Source of the DNA: a virus
DNA: 64,000 nucleotides
Reading direction: 5' to 3' (one strand)
IMG/VR virus record: IMGVR_UViG_3300044698_000251
Span: 822-64,821 of that record
Shown here: in pieces, positions 7,807-16,257 of the stretch
How positions within the stretch are numbered: the stretch's first letter is position 1
Layout: each line of letters begins with the position of its first letter
Notes under the pieces: model-generated
The model's database searches: none
Told to the model about the DNA's origin: nothing
What the model saw: the letters and a program-made list of their open reading frames with translations, nothing else
Made by a program: the position numbers and the translations under genes

Positions 7807-10800
7807 TGGCTCGCACATGTCTGGCGCGATGATCGCGTTGATGCCGACCGTGGAGGATGCGGCCCGGTTGGCGATCGAGGGCGGCGAGGCCGCGGATCAG
7901 CTGCACCTGACGCTGCGGTACCTCGGTGACGGCGCCAACTTCGACGAGGCCGCGCGTACCGCGATCGTCGACTCGGTGCGGATGCTGACGGAGGGCATGC
8001 CGCCGATCGTGTCGAAGATCTTCGGTGCGGCGCACTGGAACGGGGGCGGTGACGAGCCGTCGTGGGTGTGGTCCGTCGGCGACGATCCGGAGCGCGGCCC
8101 GTCGCTGGAGGCGGCGCACGGTATGGCGGAGGAGGCGCTACTGATGGCGCCCATGGATGTGGAAATTCCGGAGCCGCACACGCCGTTTGCCGCGCATATC
8201 TGTGCCGCGTACTCCGACGAGCTGGACCTCATCATCCCCATGGAGGAGCGGCTCGGCCCGGTCACTTTCGACCGAGTTCGGGTGGCGTTCGCCGGGGACC
8301 ACACCGACACCCCCCTTGGTGGGCCCGTCACGGCCGCAGCCGGGCCGCTGCGCCGTCGGCCCACCGAGTTGGAGCTCGCCTCCCGCGTCGACTTCGCGCA
8401 GATGGACAAGGCGTGGCATGAGGCCGTTGACGGCACGGTGGAGGCGTGGGCCAGCGTGCAGGAGGCGATGCGCGCCGAGGTCACCGCCAGCATCCAAGCC
8501 GCAGCTGAGGCCGACGACCTGGACCGGCTCGACGGCCTCGCCGTGGACACCGAGGACGGTTCCCGGCTCCTGATCGCCCGCATGATCGCCTACGCGCGGG
8601 AGGCAGGCGACGCACAGCAAGCTGAGGCCGAAGCCCAGGGCGTCACCGTCCCGGAGTGGTCGCTGGACGACGAGGCGCTCACTGCGGCTGCGATCCGTGA
8701 CCGGCTGCGGCAGGTCGGCCGTACTGTCGCGCGTGGCCTCGGGGTGGGACTGGTGCAGTCCGCGGTCCGGCAGGCGATGCGCGTGTGGGGCTCCGGTACG
8801 GCGCAGCAGGTGGCCGCGCAGGTGGATGAGCACCTTGCCGGGCTGTCGGGTGCGGCAGCTGAGGAGCAGGTCGGTGGGGCGATGAGCGTCGCGCAGAACG
8901 AGGGGCGCCTCGCGGTGCTCGCGGTCGCGCCGCCCGCCACGTACACAGCTTCGGAAATCTTGGACAAATCATCATGTAAGCCATGTCGTGACATCGACGG
9001 CACCGAGTACGACACCCTCACCGCGGCCCGCACCGCATACCCGTCCGGCGGCTACACGGGCTGCCTCGGCGGCTCGCGCTGCCGGGGCGCGTTGGTCACC
9101 GTGTGGCCGCAGGGCAGTGAGCAAGCCGCCGCCGGAATGATCTTGGCTGCGAGTGCGTCCACAATGCCGCCGACAAACCACGAAGGAGGCGGCGCCGTGC
9201 CGTACCGCATCGAGCAGGAGCACCCGGACTGCGGTGCCGACAAGCCGTACGCCGTGGTGAAAGAAGCCGACGGCGAGCTGATGGGCTGCCACGACAGCGA
9301 GGCCGCAGCCATGGAGCAGCAGGCCGCCCTGTACGCCGAGGAAGGCGACGACAAGCCCGCAGACGACGGCGACGACATGGACTATGCGGGCAAGACCGCC
9401 CCCTGGCGCGGTCCCCTCGCCATCGAAGGGCAAGTCACCGGCGACGGCCGCGAGTTCGCCCCCGACGCGCTCACCTGGGCCGAACTTCCCGTGCCGCTGC
9501 GATGGAACAAGGAAGACTCCCACGGCGGCGACCCGAAGACCGTAGCCGTCAACGTCGGCCGCATCGACAGCATCTGGCGCGACGGCAGCCTCATCATGGG
9601 CGAAGGCGTCCTCGACCTCTCCGACGACGACGGACGCAAGGTCCACGGCAAGATCCTCGGCAAGTTCCTCCGCGGCGTCAGCATCGACGCCGACTCCATC
9701 GCCGACGCCGACGTCGAATTCGTGTGGCCCGAAGACGCCAACGAGGGCACCGGAGACGGCGACGAGGGCGACCTGCTGGAGATGCTCTTCGCGCAGCCGG
9801 AGAAGATGATTTTCCACGGCGGACGCATCCGGGCCGCAACTCTCGTCGACATCCCCGCGTTCGCCGAGGCGTACATCGCACTCCTTGATGAGCAGGGGGC
9901 GGTGGTGGCCGGCGGCCAGCCGATCGGCGCCGAAGCGCTCCAGGCGCTGGCAGTGCAGGATCTGGGTGCGGTCGGCACCCACGACACGGCCACCTCCGAC
10001 GGGCCGTGGGACGTGGGCGTGAACGAGAAGCGCATCGACGGGCCGCTCACGCTGGCCAAGGCGCGGGCCGCATACGGCTGGTACGACGGCGGCGCGGTCG
10101 AGGACGGCGAACTGGCGAAGTCCGCGGCGAAGTTCCTCCACCACGAGATCAACGCCGACGGCACCGTGGGCCCGGCGAACTTGACCGCCTGCTCCTCTTC
10201 GATCGGTGCCTTGCACGGCGCCCGTGGTGGTACGTCCATTCCGGAGGCGGACCGGCGTGGCGTGTACGACCACGTTGCGGCGCATCTGCGGGACGCCGGG
10301 CGTGAGCCGGAGCCGTTCCGTTCCCTGCGTGCTGTCACCGCTGGCGCACCGGCCTCGCATCCGGCGATGACCGGCCTGTGGAAGCCGCCCGCCGAGTGGT
10401 TCAGTAACCCGGAGCTGCCGTTCTACTGCGGGATCGTTGTCACCGACCAGGGGCGCCTGTACGGGCATGCGGCACCGTGGGGGGCCTGCCACATCGGGTT
10501 CGACGGCGAGTGCGTCACTGTCCCGCGGGAGAACGAGCACTCGCACTACATGACCGGTGAGACGGTCTGTGACGACGGCTCGCGGGTGGCGGTCGGCCAG
10601 GTCACTGTCGGAACAGGGCATGCTCCGCTGCATTTTGGGGCGCAGCCTGCGGCGGAGCACTACGACAACACGGGCAGTGCGGTCGCTGATGTGGCGGTCG
10701 GCAACGACAAGCACGGCATCTGGATCGCGGGTGCGATCCGGCCGAACGCGGATCCGCTGAGCGTGTACGAGCTGCGGGCGTCGGGGCGGGTGTCGGGTGA

Positions 10801-11032
10801 CTGGCGGCGGATCGGCGGCCAGTTGCGGATGGTGGGGATGCTCGGCGTGAATGTGGCTGGGTTCCTGGAGGAGGCGAAGATGCGGACGCTGGTTTCTGCC
10901 GGGCGCCCGCAGGCGCTTGTGGCGGCTGGTGTTCCGAAGCAGCGGTGGGCGATGTCGAAGGACGAGTCGGAGCGTCAGGCGATGCGGATCGTGATGCGCA
11001 TGCTGTCCCGCCGCGTACACCCGGGGAGGTGA
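7781..11032 (+). CDS. 2H-phosphoesterase + MuF-like head morphogenesis + capsid maturation protease fusion (1083 aa)
   Basis: GGAG RBS; HLTLRYLG and FAAHICAAY (2H motifs); DKSSCKPC..CLGGSRCRG (MuF-like); EGQVTGDGREF, VSIDAD, ATLVDIPAF, SGDWRRIGG (protease region). Confidence 0.8.
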   Translation: MGSLTAAADGSHMSGAMIALMPTVEDAARLAIEGGEAADQLHLTLRYLGDGANFDEAARTAIVDSVRMLTEGMPPIVSKIFGAAHWNGGGDEPSWVWSVGDDPERGPSLEAAHGMAEEALLMAPMDVEIPEPHTPFAAHICAAYSDELDLIIPMEERLGPVTFDRVRVAFAGDHTDTPLGGPVTAAAGPLRRRPTELELASRVDFAQMDKAWHEAVDGTVEAWASVQEAMRAEVTASIQAAAEADDLDRLDGLAVDTEDGSRLLIARMIAYAREAGDAQQAEAEAQGVTVPEWSLDDEALTAAAIRDRLRQVGRTVARGLGVGLVQSAVRQAMRVWGSGTAQQVAAQVDEHLAGLSGAAAEEQVGGAMSVAQNEGRLAVLAVAPPATYTASEILDKSSCKPCRDIDGTEYDTLTAARTAYPSGGYTGCLGGSRCRGALVTVWPQGSEQAAAGMILAASASTMPPTNHEGGGAVPYRIEQEHPDCGADKPYAVVKEADGELMGCHDSEAAAMEQQAALYAEEGDDKPADDGDDMDYAGKTAPWRGPLAIEGQVTGDGREFAPDALTWAELPVPLRWNKEDSHGGDPKTVAVNVGRIDSIWRDGSLIMGEGVLDLSDDDGRKVHGKILGKFLRGVSIDADSIADADVEFVWPEDANEGTGDGDEGDLLEMLFAQPEKMIFHGGRIRAATLVDIPAFAEAYIALLDEQGAVVAGGQPIGAEALQALAVQDLGAVGTHDTATSDGPWDVGVNEKRIDGPLTLAKARAAYGWYDGGAVEDGELAKSAAKFLHHEINADGTVGPANLTACSSSIGALHGARGGTSIPEADRRGVYDHVAAHLRDAGREPEPFRSLRAVTAGAPASHPAMTGLWKPPAEWFSNPELPFYCGIVVTDQGRLYGHAAPWGACHIGFDGECVTVPRENEHSHYMTGETVCDDGSRVAVGQVTVGTGHAPLHFGAQPAAEHYDNTGSAVADVAVGNDKHGIWIAGAIRPNADPLSVYELRASGRVSGDWRRIGGQLRMVGMLGVNVAGFLEEAKMRTLVSAGRPQALVAAGVPKQRWAMSKDESERQAMRIVMRMLSRRVHPGR
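9132..9165 (+). promoter_or_regulatory. Intragenic late-promoter-like motif
   Basis: CCGGAATGATC-N17-CACAAT, then AAGGAGG RBS and in-frame GTG at 9197. Confidence 0.6.
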
Positions 11033-11038
11033 GAGCGA

Positions 11039-11101
11039 ATGTGCAGTTGCAATAAGAGGCGTCGTCCGGCACCCCCGCCGCCGCCCCCTCCAAGTCTCTG
11101 A
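11039..11101 (+). CDS. 20-aa Cys/Arg/Pro-rich micropeptide MCSCNKRRRPAPPPPPPPSL
   Basis: Strong GGAGGT RBS (11025-11030), ATG 11039, TGA 11099-11101; below ORF-track cutoff. Confidence 0.55.
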   Translation: MCSCNKRRRPAPPPPPPPSL

Positions 11102-11115
11102 CCTTTAGTTATGCG

Positions 11116-11167
11116 GTCCGGCCAACCTAATTGGACGTTGGCCGGACTGTGTGCTATGCGCTAGCCT
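11116..11167 (+). promoter_or_regulatory. Housekeeping-sigma-like promoter for capsid genes overlapped by an 11-bp inverted repeat
   Basis: TTGGCC(11138)-N18-TAGCCT(11162); GTCCGGCCAAC(11116-11126)/GTTGGCCGGAC(11137-11147). Confidence 0.5.
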
Positions 11168-11224
11168 TCGCAAACAAAGGGCGCCAAACCGCAAGGCGCA
11201 CACCCCTTCACAGCGGAGGACTCA

Positions 11225-12976
11225 GTGCCCGAGGAACTCTTCAGCGCCCCGTCCGACCTCACCCTCGTCAGCGACAGCGACCTCGCCGAACTCGAAACAC
11301 GCGGCGCAGCAGAGTTCGCCCGCATCGAACAGAACGACGTCGACCCCCAGTCCCTCGCCTACGCGACGACTCTCGCCGACGACCTCGACGCCATCCGCGC
11401 CGAACTCAAGGTCCGCGAAGTCCGCGCCCAGGCGAACTCCGACCTCCAGCGCACCCGCGTCGGCGAGAAGCTCGCCGCACTCAGGGAACGCGTCAACGGC
11501 ACCGACGGCCAGGGTGCGGCCAGCACCCAGACCGCAGCCCCCGTCGACACAGACGCCATCGCCGCCGCCGCCGCACAGGGCGTCGCCGCCGAGTTCGTCA
11601 AGATCTTCACCAGCGGGCGAGGCGGCAACGGCCTCGGCGCCGTCGCCAAGCGCGCCACCGCCTCCCTCGCCGAGACCGCGCAGCACGCGCCCGCGCCGAA
11701 GGTCCCCAACGCCAAGCTCGCCGTCACCGCCTCCGTGGACATCCCCGGCGTCGCCCACGGCGGGGAACTCCCCACCCTGCGCGCCCTCGCCGACGTCGTG
11801 TCCCGCAAGGCGAAGTCCATGCCGGTCACGCAGAACAACCCCAACCACCAGCTCGTCGCCAGCATTCGCAACGACTTCGGGCACACCATCGACGACCGCA
11901 CCAGCCCGGCGCAGGTCCGCGACCTCATCGACTTCCTCACCGGCCCCGACAAGCAGCAGGCGCTGGTGGCCGGCGGCGGATGGTGCGCCCCCTCCGAGAT
12001 CCGCTACGACTTCTTCAACATCGCCTGCGAAGACGGCATGATCGACCTCCCCACGTTCGGCGTGAGCAGGGGCGGCATCCAGTTCCCCGTCTCCCCGAGC
12101 CTCGCCGACGCCCTCGGCGGCGGCACCGCCTTCGCCGAATTCGCCGCCACCCTCTCCAACACCTCAACGCCGTTCCTGTGGACCGAAGCCGACGACATCG
12201 CCGCCGCCACCGGCTCCCCGACGAAGCCGTGCATCCGCGTGCCCTGCCCGGACTTCGACGAAGAGCGCCTGGAGTGCTACGGCTACTGCCTCACCGCGGG
12301 CAACTTGACCGACGACGCCTACCCCGAGGCCACGCAGCACATGCTGCAACTCCTCATGTCGGCGCACTCGCACGTCATCAACGCCCGCCTCATCGCGCTG
12401 ATGCTGCTTGGCTCCAGCGCCACCACCACCATCGGCGGCCAGACCGACGACTCCGCCGCACCCCGCATCTACAACGCGGTCGGCATGGCGGCCACCGACT
12501 ACCGCGCCAGGTTCGGTATGTGCATCGACGACGTCCTCGAAGTCGTCCTGCCGTACTGGGTCCGCGAAGTCATCCGCGCCGACCTCGCATGGAAGGCGGG
12601 CGTCGAACTGCCTGCCGTCTCCAACGCGGAGGTCGACTCGTACTTCGTGGCCCGCAACGTGCGCGTCCAGTGGGTCAACGACTGGCAGGTCCGCGGAGCG
12701 AGCCAGTTCGGCAACGCCACCCCCATGACCGCATGGCCGACCACCGTGGACTTCCTCATCTACGCGGCCGGCACGTTCATCCACGGCAACGGCCTCTCTC
12801 TCGACCTCGGCGTGATCCGCGACTCGGTTCTCAACGAGACCAACGACCACACCGCCGCCTGGTCCGAGGAATGCCACCTTGTCGCCCGCGTCGGCCACGA
12901 GTCCCGCCGCTACACCGTGCCGTTCAACGTCAAGGGCAGCACCGGCGCGATCCTCGGCGACGAAGCCCGCGTCTGA
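11225..12976 (+). CDS. Major capsid protein (hexamer-type, with N-terminal scaffold-like region)
   Basis: Coiled-coil N-terminus; ALVAGGGWCAPSE.RYDF, PTFGVSRGGI, LDLGVIRDSVLN.TND motifs of actinophage capsids. Confidence 0.9.
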   Translation: MPEELFSAPSDLTLVSDSDLAELETRGAAEFARIEQNDVDPQSLAYATTLADDLDAIRAELKVREVRAQANSDLQRTRVGEKLAALRERVNGTDGQGAASTQTAAPVDTDAIAAAAAQGVAAEFVKIFTSGRGGNGLGAVAKRATASLAETAQHAPAPKVPNAKLAVTASVDIPGVAHGGELPTLRALADVVSRKAKSMPVTQNNPNHQLVASIRNDFGHTIDDRTSPAQVRDLIDFLTGPDKQQALVAGGGWCAPSEIRYDFFNIACEDGMIDLPTFGVSRGGIQFPVSPSLADALGGGTAFAEFAATLSNTSTPFLWTEADDIAAATGSPTKPCIRVPCPDFDEERLECYGYCLTAGNLTDDAYPEATQHMLQLLMSAHSHVINARLIALMLLGSSATTTIGGQTDDSAAPRIYNAVGMAATDYRARFGMCIDDVLEVVLPYWVREVIRADLAWKAGVELPAVSNAEVDSYFVARNVRVQWVNDWQVRGASQFGNATPMTAWPTTVDFLIYAAGTFIHGNGLSLDLGVIRDSVLNETNDHTAAWSEECHLVARVGHESRRYTVPFNVKGSTGAILGDEARV

Positions 12977-13018
12977 TCCCGACCGGTGTACGAGCGAGCA
13001 GGAAAGAGGTGAGCGACG

Positions 13019-13900
13019 ATGGCCGGAGCACGCCAGATCATCGCACCGCCGACGTTCACCGCCCTGCCGTACGGGCTGTGGGACTCGATTCAGCACCCGG
13101 CGCCTCCGCCGCACTGGCAGCAGGGTGTCACCTGGATCGAGCACTGCCCCACCGCGGACACGACGTACGACGAATGCCTCGCCGTCACCGGCACCGGCGG
13201 CGCACCGCCCGAACCGCCGGCCAAGACCGGCAACGTCGAGCAGACGTTCCGGGGCGCTACCCCGTTCACGGTGTACGCCGAGTTCGAATGCTCCCCGGTG
13301 GGCGTGGCCGAGGCAGGTTCGGTTGCCGGGGATGCGCTGGCCCGGGTGGAGCAGCAGCAGGTGGAGACGGCGTTCTGGACGGGCACCGCCGGCGGCCAGC
13401 CGGTGGTGTTCCCGCACCTGGCGGCGGACACCGAGGTGCTGGACTCGCAGGACATTGTGCTTCAGCCCGTCGCGTCCCCGGCGGTGACGGGCGCCGATGT
13501 GGCGCACGCGCTCGGCGAACTGGAGCAGGACCTCGCCGCCTGCTACGCCGGACAGGGCCTCATCCACGTACCCCGCATCGCTTTGCCGACTCTCGCCGCG
13601 GCCTACCTGGTTGTCGAGCGGGATGGGCGGCTGTACACCCCGGCCGGTAATCAGATCGTGGTCGGCGGCGGCTACACCGGCAGCGGCCCCGACGGTGCTG
13701 CCCCGGCCGCCGGAACGACGTGGATTTACGCGACCGGTGCCGCGTTCGGCTACCGCGGTGACGTGTTCCTCACGGAGCTCCGTGACTCGCTGGACCGGTC
13801 CGCGAACACCATCCGCATGATCGCCGAGCGCACCTACGTGCTCGGCCACGAGTGCTGCCTGCTGGCTGCGCACATCGTCCTGGGCGTGCCCACCGAGTAG
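13019..13900 (+). CDS. Second capsid protein (putative major capsid pentamer protein)
   Basis: Directly follows MCP; PYGL, HWQQGVTW, PFTVYA, GLIHVP, AERTYV; arrangement matches Rosebush-type hexamer/pentamer pairs. Confidence 0.65.
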   Translation: MAGARQIIAPPTFTALPYGLWDSIQHPAPPPHWQQGVTWIEHCPTADTTYDECLAVTGTGGAPPEPPAKTGNVEQTFRGATPFTVYAEFECSPVGVAEAGSVAGDALARVEQQQVETAFWTGTAGGQPVVFPHLAADTEVLDSQDIVLQPVASPAVTGADVAHALGELEQDLAACYAGQGLIHVPRIALPTLAAAYLVVERDGRLYTPAGNQIVVGGGYTGSGPDGAAPAAGTTWIYATGAAFGYRGDVFLTELRDSLDRSANTIRMIAERTYVLGHECCLLAAHIVLGVPTE

Positions 13901-13912
13901 GAGAAGAACACC

Positions 13913-14590
13913 ATGGCTGCTACTTCTACGTGCGCAACCCCCATCAAGGGCACGCACCTGCGGATCATCGCTCTTGACGCCTGCGGCGTACCGGTCACCG
14001 GCGATTCTGGGCTGGTCGCCGTAACGTCCGGGTTCGTACAGGTCGAGATGGAACCCGACTACGAGGACGGTGAGGAGTTCTTCGAGCGCACCGCCAGCGG
14101 CGCGGCATGCGTGAACCAGAAAGACGACCCCACCCTCAAGCGCATGGGCCTGACCGTGCAGATGTGTGAGGTCAACGTCTCCGCGATCTCCTACATCATC
14201 AGCGCACGCGAACTGACGACCGGTACGCCGACGACAGGCACCGGCTTCGCGGTCGCCGAGGGCAACCCGACGAACCGGTTCAGCATGGAGGTGTGGCAGG
14301 AGGTCGCCGGGTCCGGGGCGTGCGACGCGTCGGGGAATCAGCGGTACATCTACCACGCGTGGCCGAACGTGGGTGCCACCCAGATCGGCTCGTACACCAT
14401 CGAGAACGGCCGCTCCACGTTCGAGTTCACCTCGGAAACCCGCGGCGCTTCGGCAACGTGGGACACGCTCGTCGGCGAGGACTTCCTCCCGGCCGGGGAG
14501 AGCGTCGACATCGACGAGCATTGGGTGTGGAACGTGACCACGGCCACGCCGCCCACAGTGGCGTGTGACCCGACCACGCTCGCCGCATAA
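13913..14590 (+). CDS. Major tail (tube) protein
   Basis: IKGTHLRIIALDACG, GEEFFERTASGAAC, TIENG..TF; position in the morphogenesis operon. Confidence 0.75.
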   Translation: MAATSTCATPIKGTHLRIIALDACGVPVTGDSGLVAVTSGFVQVEMEPDYEDGEEFFERTASGAACVNQKDDPTLKRMGLTVQMCEVNVSAISYIISARELTTGTPTTGTGFAVAEGNPTNRFSMEVWQEVAGSGACDASGNQRYIYHAWPNVGATQIGSYTIENGRSTFEFTSETRGASATWDTLVGEDFLPAGESVDIDEHWVWNVTTATPPTVACDPTTLAA

Positions 14591-14608
14591 CCCAGCAGCG
14601 GAGCACTG

Positions 14609-16246
14609 ATGGCGCTCGCCCAGTACACGGACACGTTCTGGTTCCCCACGGGTGCCATCGCCGCGAACATTGCGGCAAGGGTGTTCCCGAAGGCCTCCAG
14701 TGCCCTGGCCACCCTGTGGGCGGACGCGGCCGGAACCATCCCGCTGGCCAACCCGACCACCACCAGCGGGGCCGGAGTGCTGTCGTTCTGGGCGGAGTCC
14801 GGCGAGTACTGGGTCCACCTGGACTCTGAAACCTTCGGCGTCACGGTCGGCATGTCACAGGAGCAGGCCGACCTGTCCACCGGGATTGCGTCCGGCGGAG
14901 AGATCAACGCCAGCGCAGTGCCGTCCTCCGTGGACGTCACCGCAGTGGACGGCTACATCGTCAACTACCTCGCCGGTACTCAGGCCGAGCCGGTCATCAC
15001 CCGCGTGAAGACTGCCGCGCAGACTGTCGCTTTGGATGCTGCGGCGTTGCTGCGGACGACGACGTGGTGGCTGCTGGACTCCACCGGGGCTGTGATCCAG
15101 CAAGCGGCCAAGCCCGATGCGGTGCAGCGGCGCACGCACATCATGCTGGGCGTGACTGCGCAGGTCGGCGGAGTCGTCGTCGTTGACCAGTCTCTCCCTG
15201 TGATCCTCGCCGGGCAGGCGAACCAGGTAGTCGACCTGATGGAGTCGCTGGGCCCGTTCAACATCTCCGGGAACCTGATCTCAGCCAACGGCGCCAACCT
15301 GACGATCAACCACAGTTCCGGGACCGTGTTCAGCCGGGCCTTCGGCTATTTCATCTCCGGCGTCCTGACCAACAGCCCACACATCGTCACCACGCAGGCG
15401 CAGACTCCGGCCGACTTCATCTATGTCACCCAGACCACCATTGTCGCCGGAGCTTTGACCAACCTCGTTGACGTGGCCAGCTACGACAATAGCGGCGTGA
15501 TCACTGCGATCGGTGGCGGCGCAAACCGGTCCAGCGTGCACCGCGTCTACCTATTCCCCAACAACGATCCGCAGCGTCAGCTGATCATTCAGTACGGGCA
15601 AGCGCCGTATACCAGCCTCGACGAAGCTGTCGCCAACGTGAACGTCGAAGCATTCACCGAAAACCCGTCCTTCATCCAGGGCGGCGGCATCCTGATCGCG
15701 TTCATCGCAGCCACCCGGACAGCGACCGACCTATCCGATCCGGACCAGGCGAAAATCCTGGGGGCTGCGAGGTTCGGCGCGGGCGCGGTCGGGCAAGAGG
15801 CGCTGGCCGGGTTCGCCATGCTGTCGGGCGCCGCGTTCACGGGCGCGGTATCAGTCAACGACGCAGACCTTTCGGTCCTCGACACCGGAGTGAAGGGATA
15901 CCGGTTCCGCCAGGGTGGATCCGCCCTGGACCTGGAGGCGTCGGGCGCTGACCTCCTGTTGTCGAACTGGTCCGGCACCGCCTTCAACGGCACGCAGTAC
16001 TCGCACAGCCGGTATTCCTCCGGGGCCCTGGCACAGCAGCAGGCCGGGCTGGTGGAGTTCGTCGACGCCCTGTACGGCACGGTCCGACACACCCTCAACG
16101 GGGTCGCCAACACGGCCGGGTTCTTTGGAGTGGCGCCAGTCTCCCGTCCGGTCGTGACCGGTTCGCGGGGCGGCAATGCGGCGCTCGCGTCGCTGCTTAC
16201 CGGCCTTGACTCGCTCGGCCTGGTCGACGACCAGACCACCGCCTAG
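14609..16246 (+). CDS. Putative virion fibre/decoration protein
   Basis: Thr/Ala/Gly-rich beta-strand composition; C-terminal GFFG..PV.RP.VTGSRGGNAALASLLTGLDSLGL fibre-like end. Confidence 0.5.
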   Translation: MALAQYTDTFWFPTGAIAANIAARVFPKASSALATLWADAAGTIPLANPTTTSGAGVLSFWAESGEYWVHLDSETFGVTVGMSQEQADLSTGIASGGEINASAVPSSVDVTAVDGYIVNYLAGTQAEPVITRVKTAAQTVALDAAALLRTTTWWLLDSTGAVIQQAAKPDAVQRRTHIMLGVTAQVGGVVVVDQSLPVILAGQANQVVDLMESLGPFNISGNLISANGANLTINHSSGTVFSRAFGYFISGVLTNSPHIVTTQAQTPADFIYVTQTTIVAGALTNLVDVASYDNSGVITAIGGGANRSSVHRVYLFPNNDPQRQLIIQYGQAPYTSLDEAVANVNVEAFTENPSFIQGGGILIAFIAATRTATDLSDPDQAKILGAARFGAGAVGQEALAGFAMLSGAAFTGAVSVNDADLSVLDTGVKGYRFRQGGSALDLEASGADLLLSNWSGTAFNGTQYSHSRYSSGALAQQQAGLVEFVDALYGTVRHTLNGVANTAGFFGVAPVSRPVVTGSRGGNAALASLLTGLDSLGLVDDQTTA

Positions 16247-16257
16247 GGGACCCCACC

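Noticed and set aside
12164-14818. 884-aa minus-strand ORF and many similar long antisense or alternative-frame ORFs (e.g. 8972..11020, 20565..22541, 26490..28013, 11131..13650)
   Set aside because: Shadow ORFs expected at about 70% GC; they overlap well-supported genes, are Arg/Pro/Gly-rich and show no motifs or RBS
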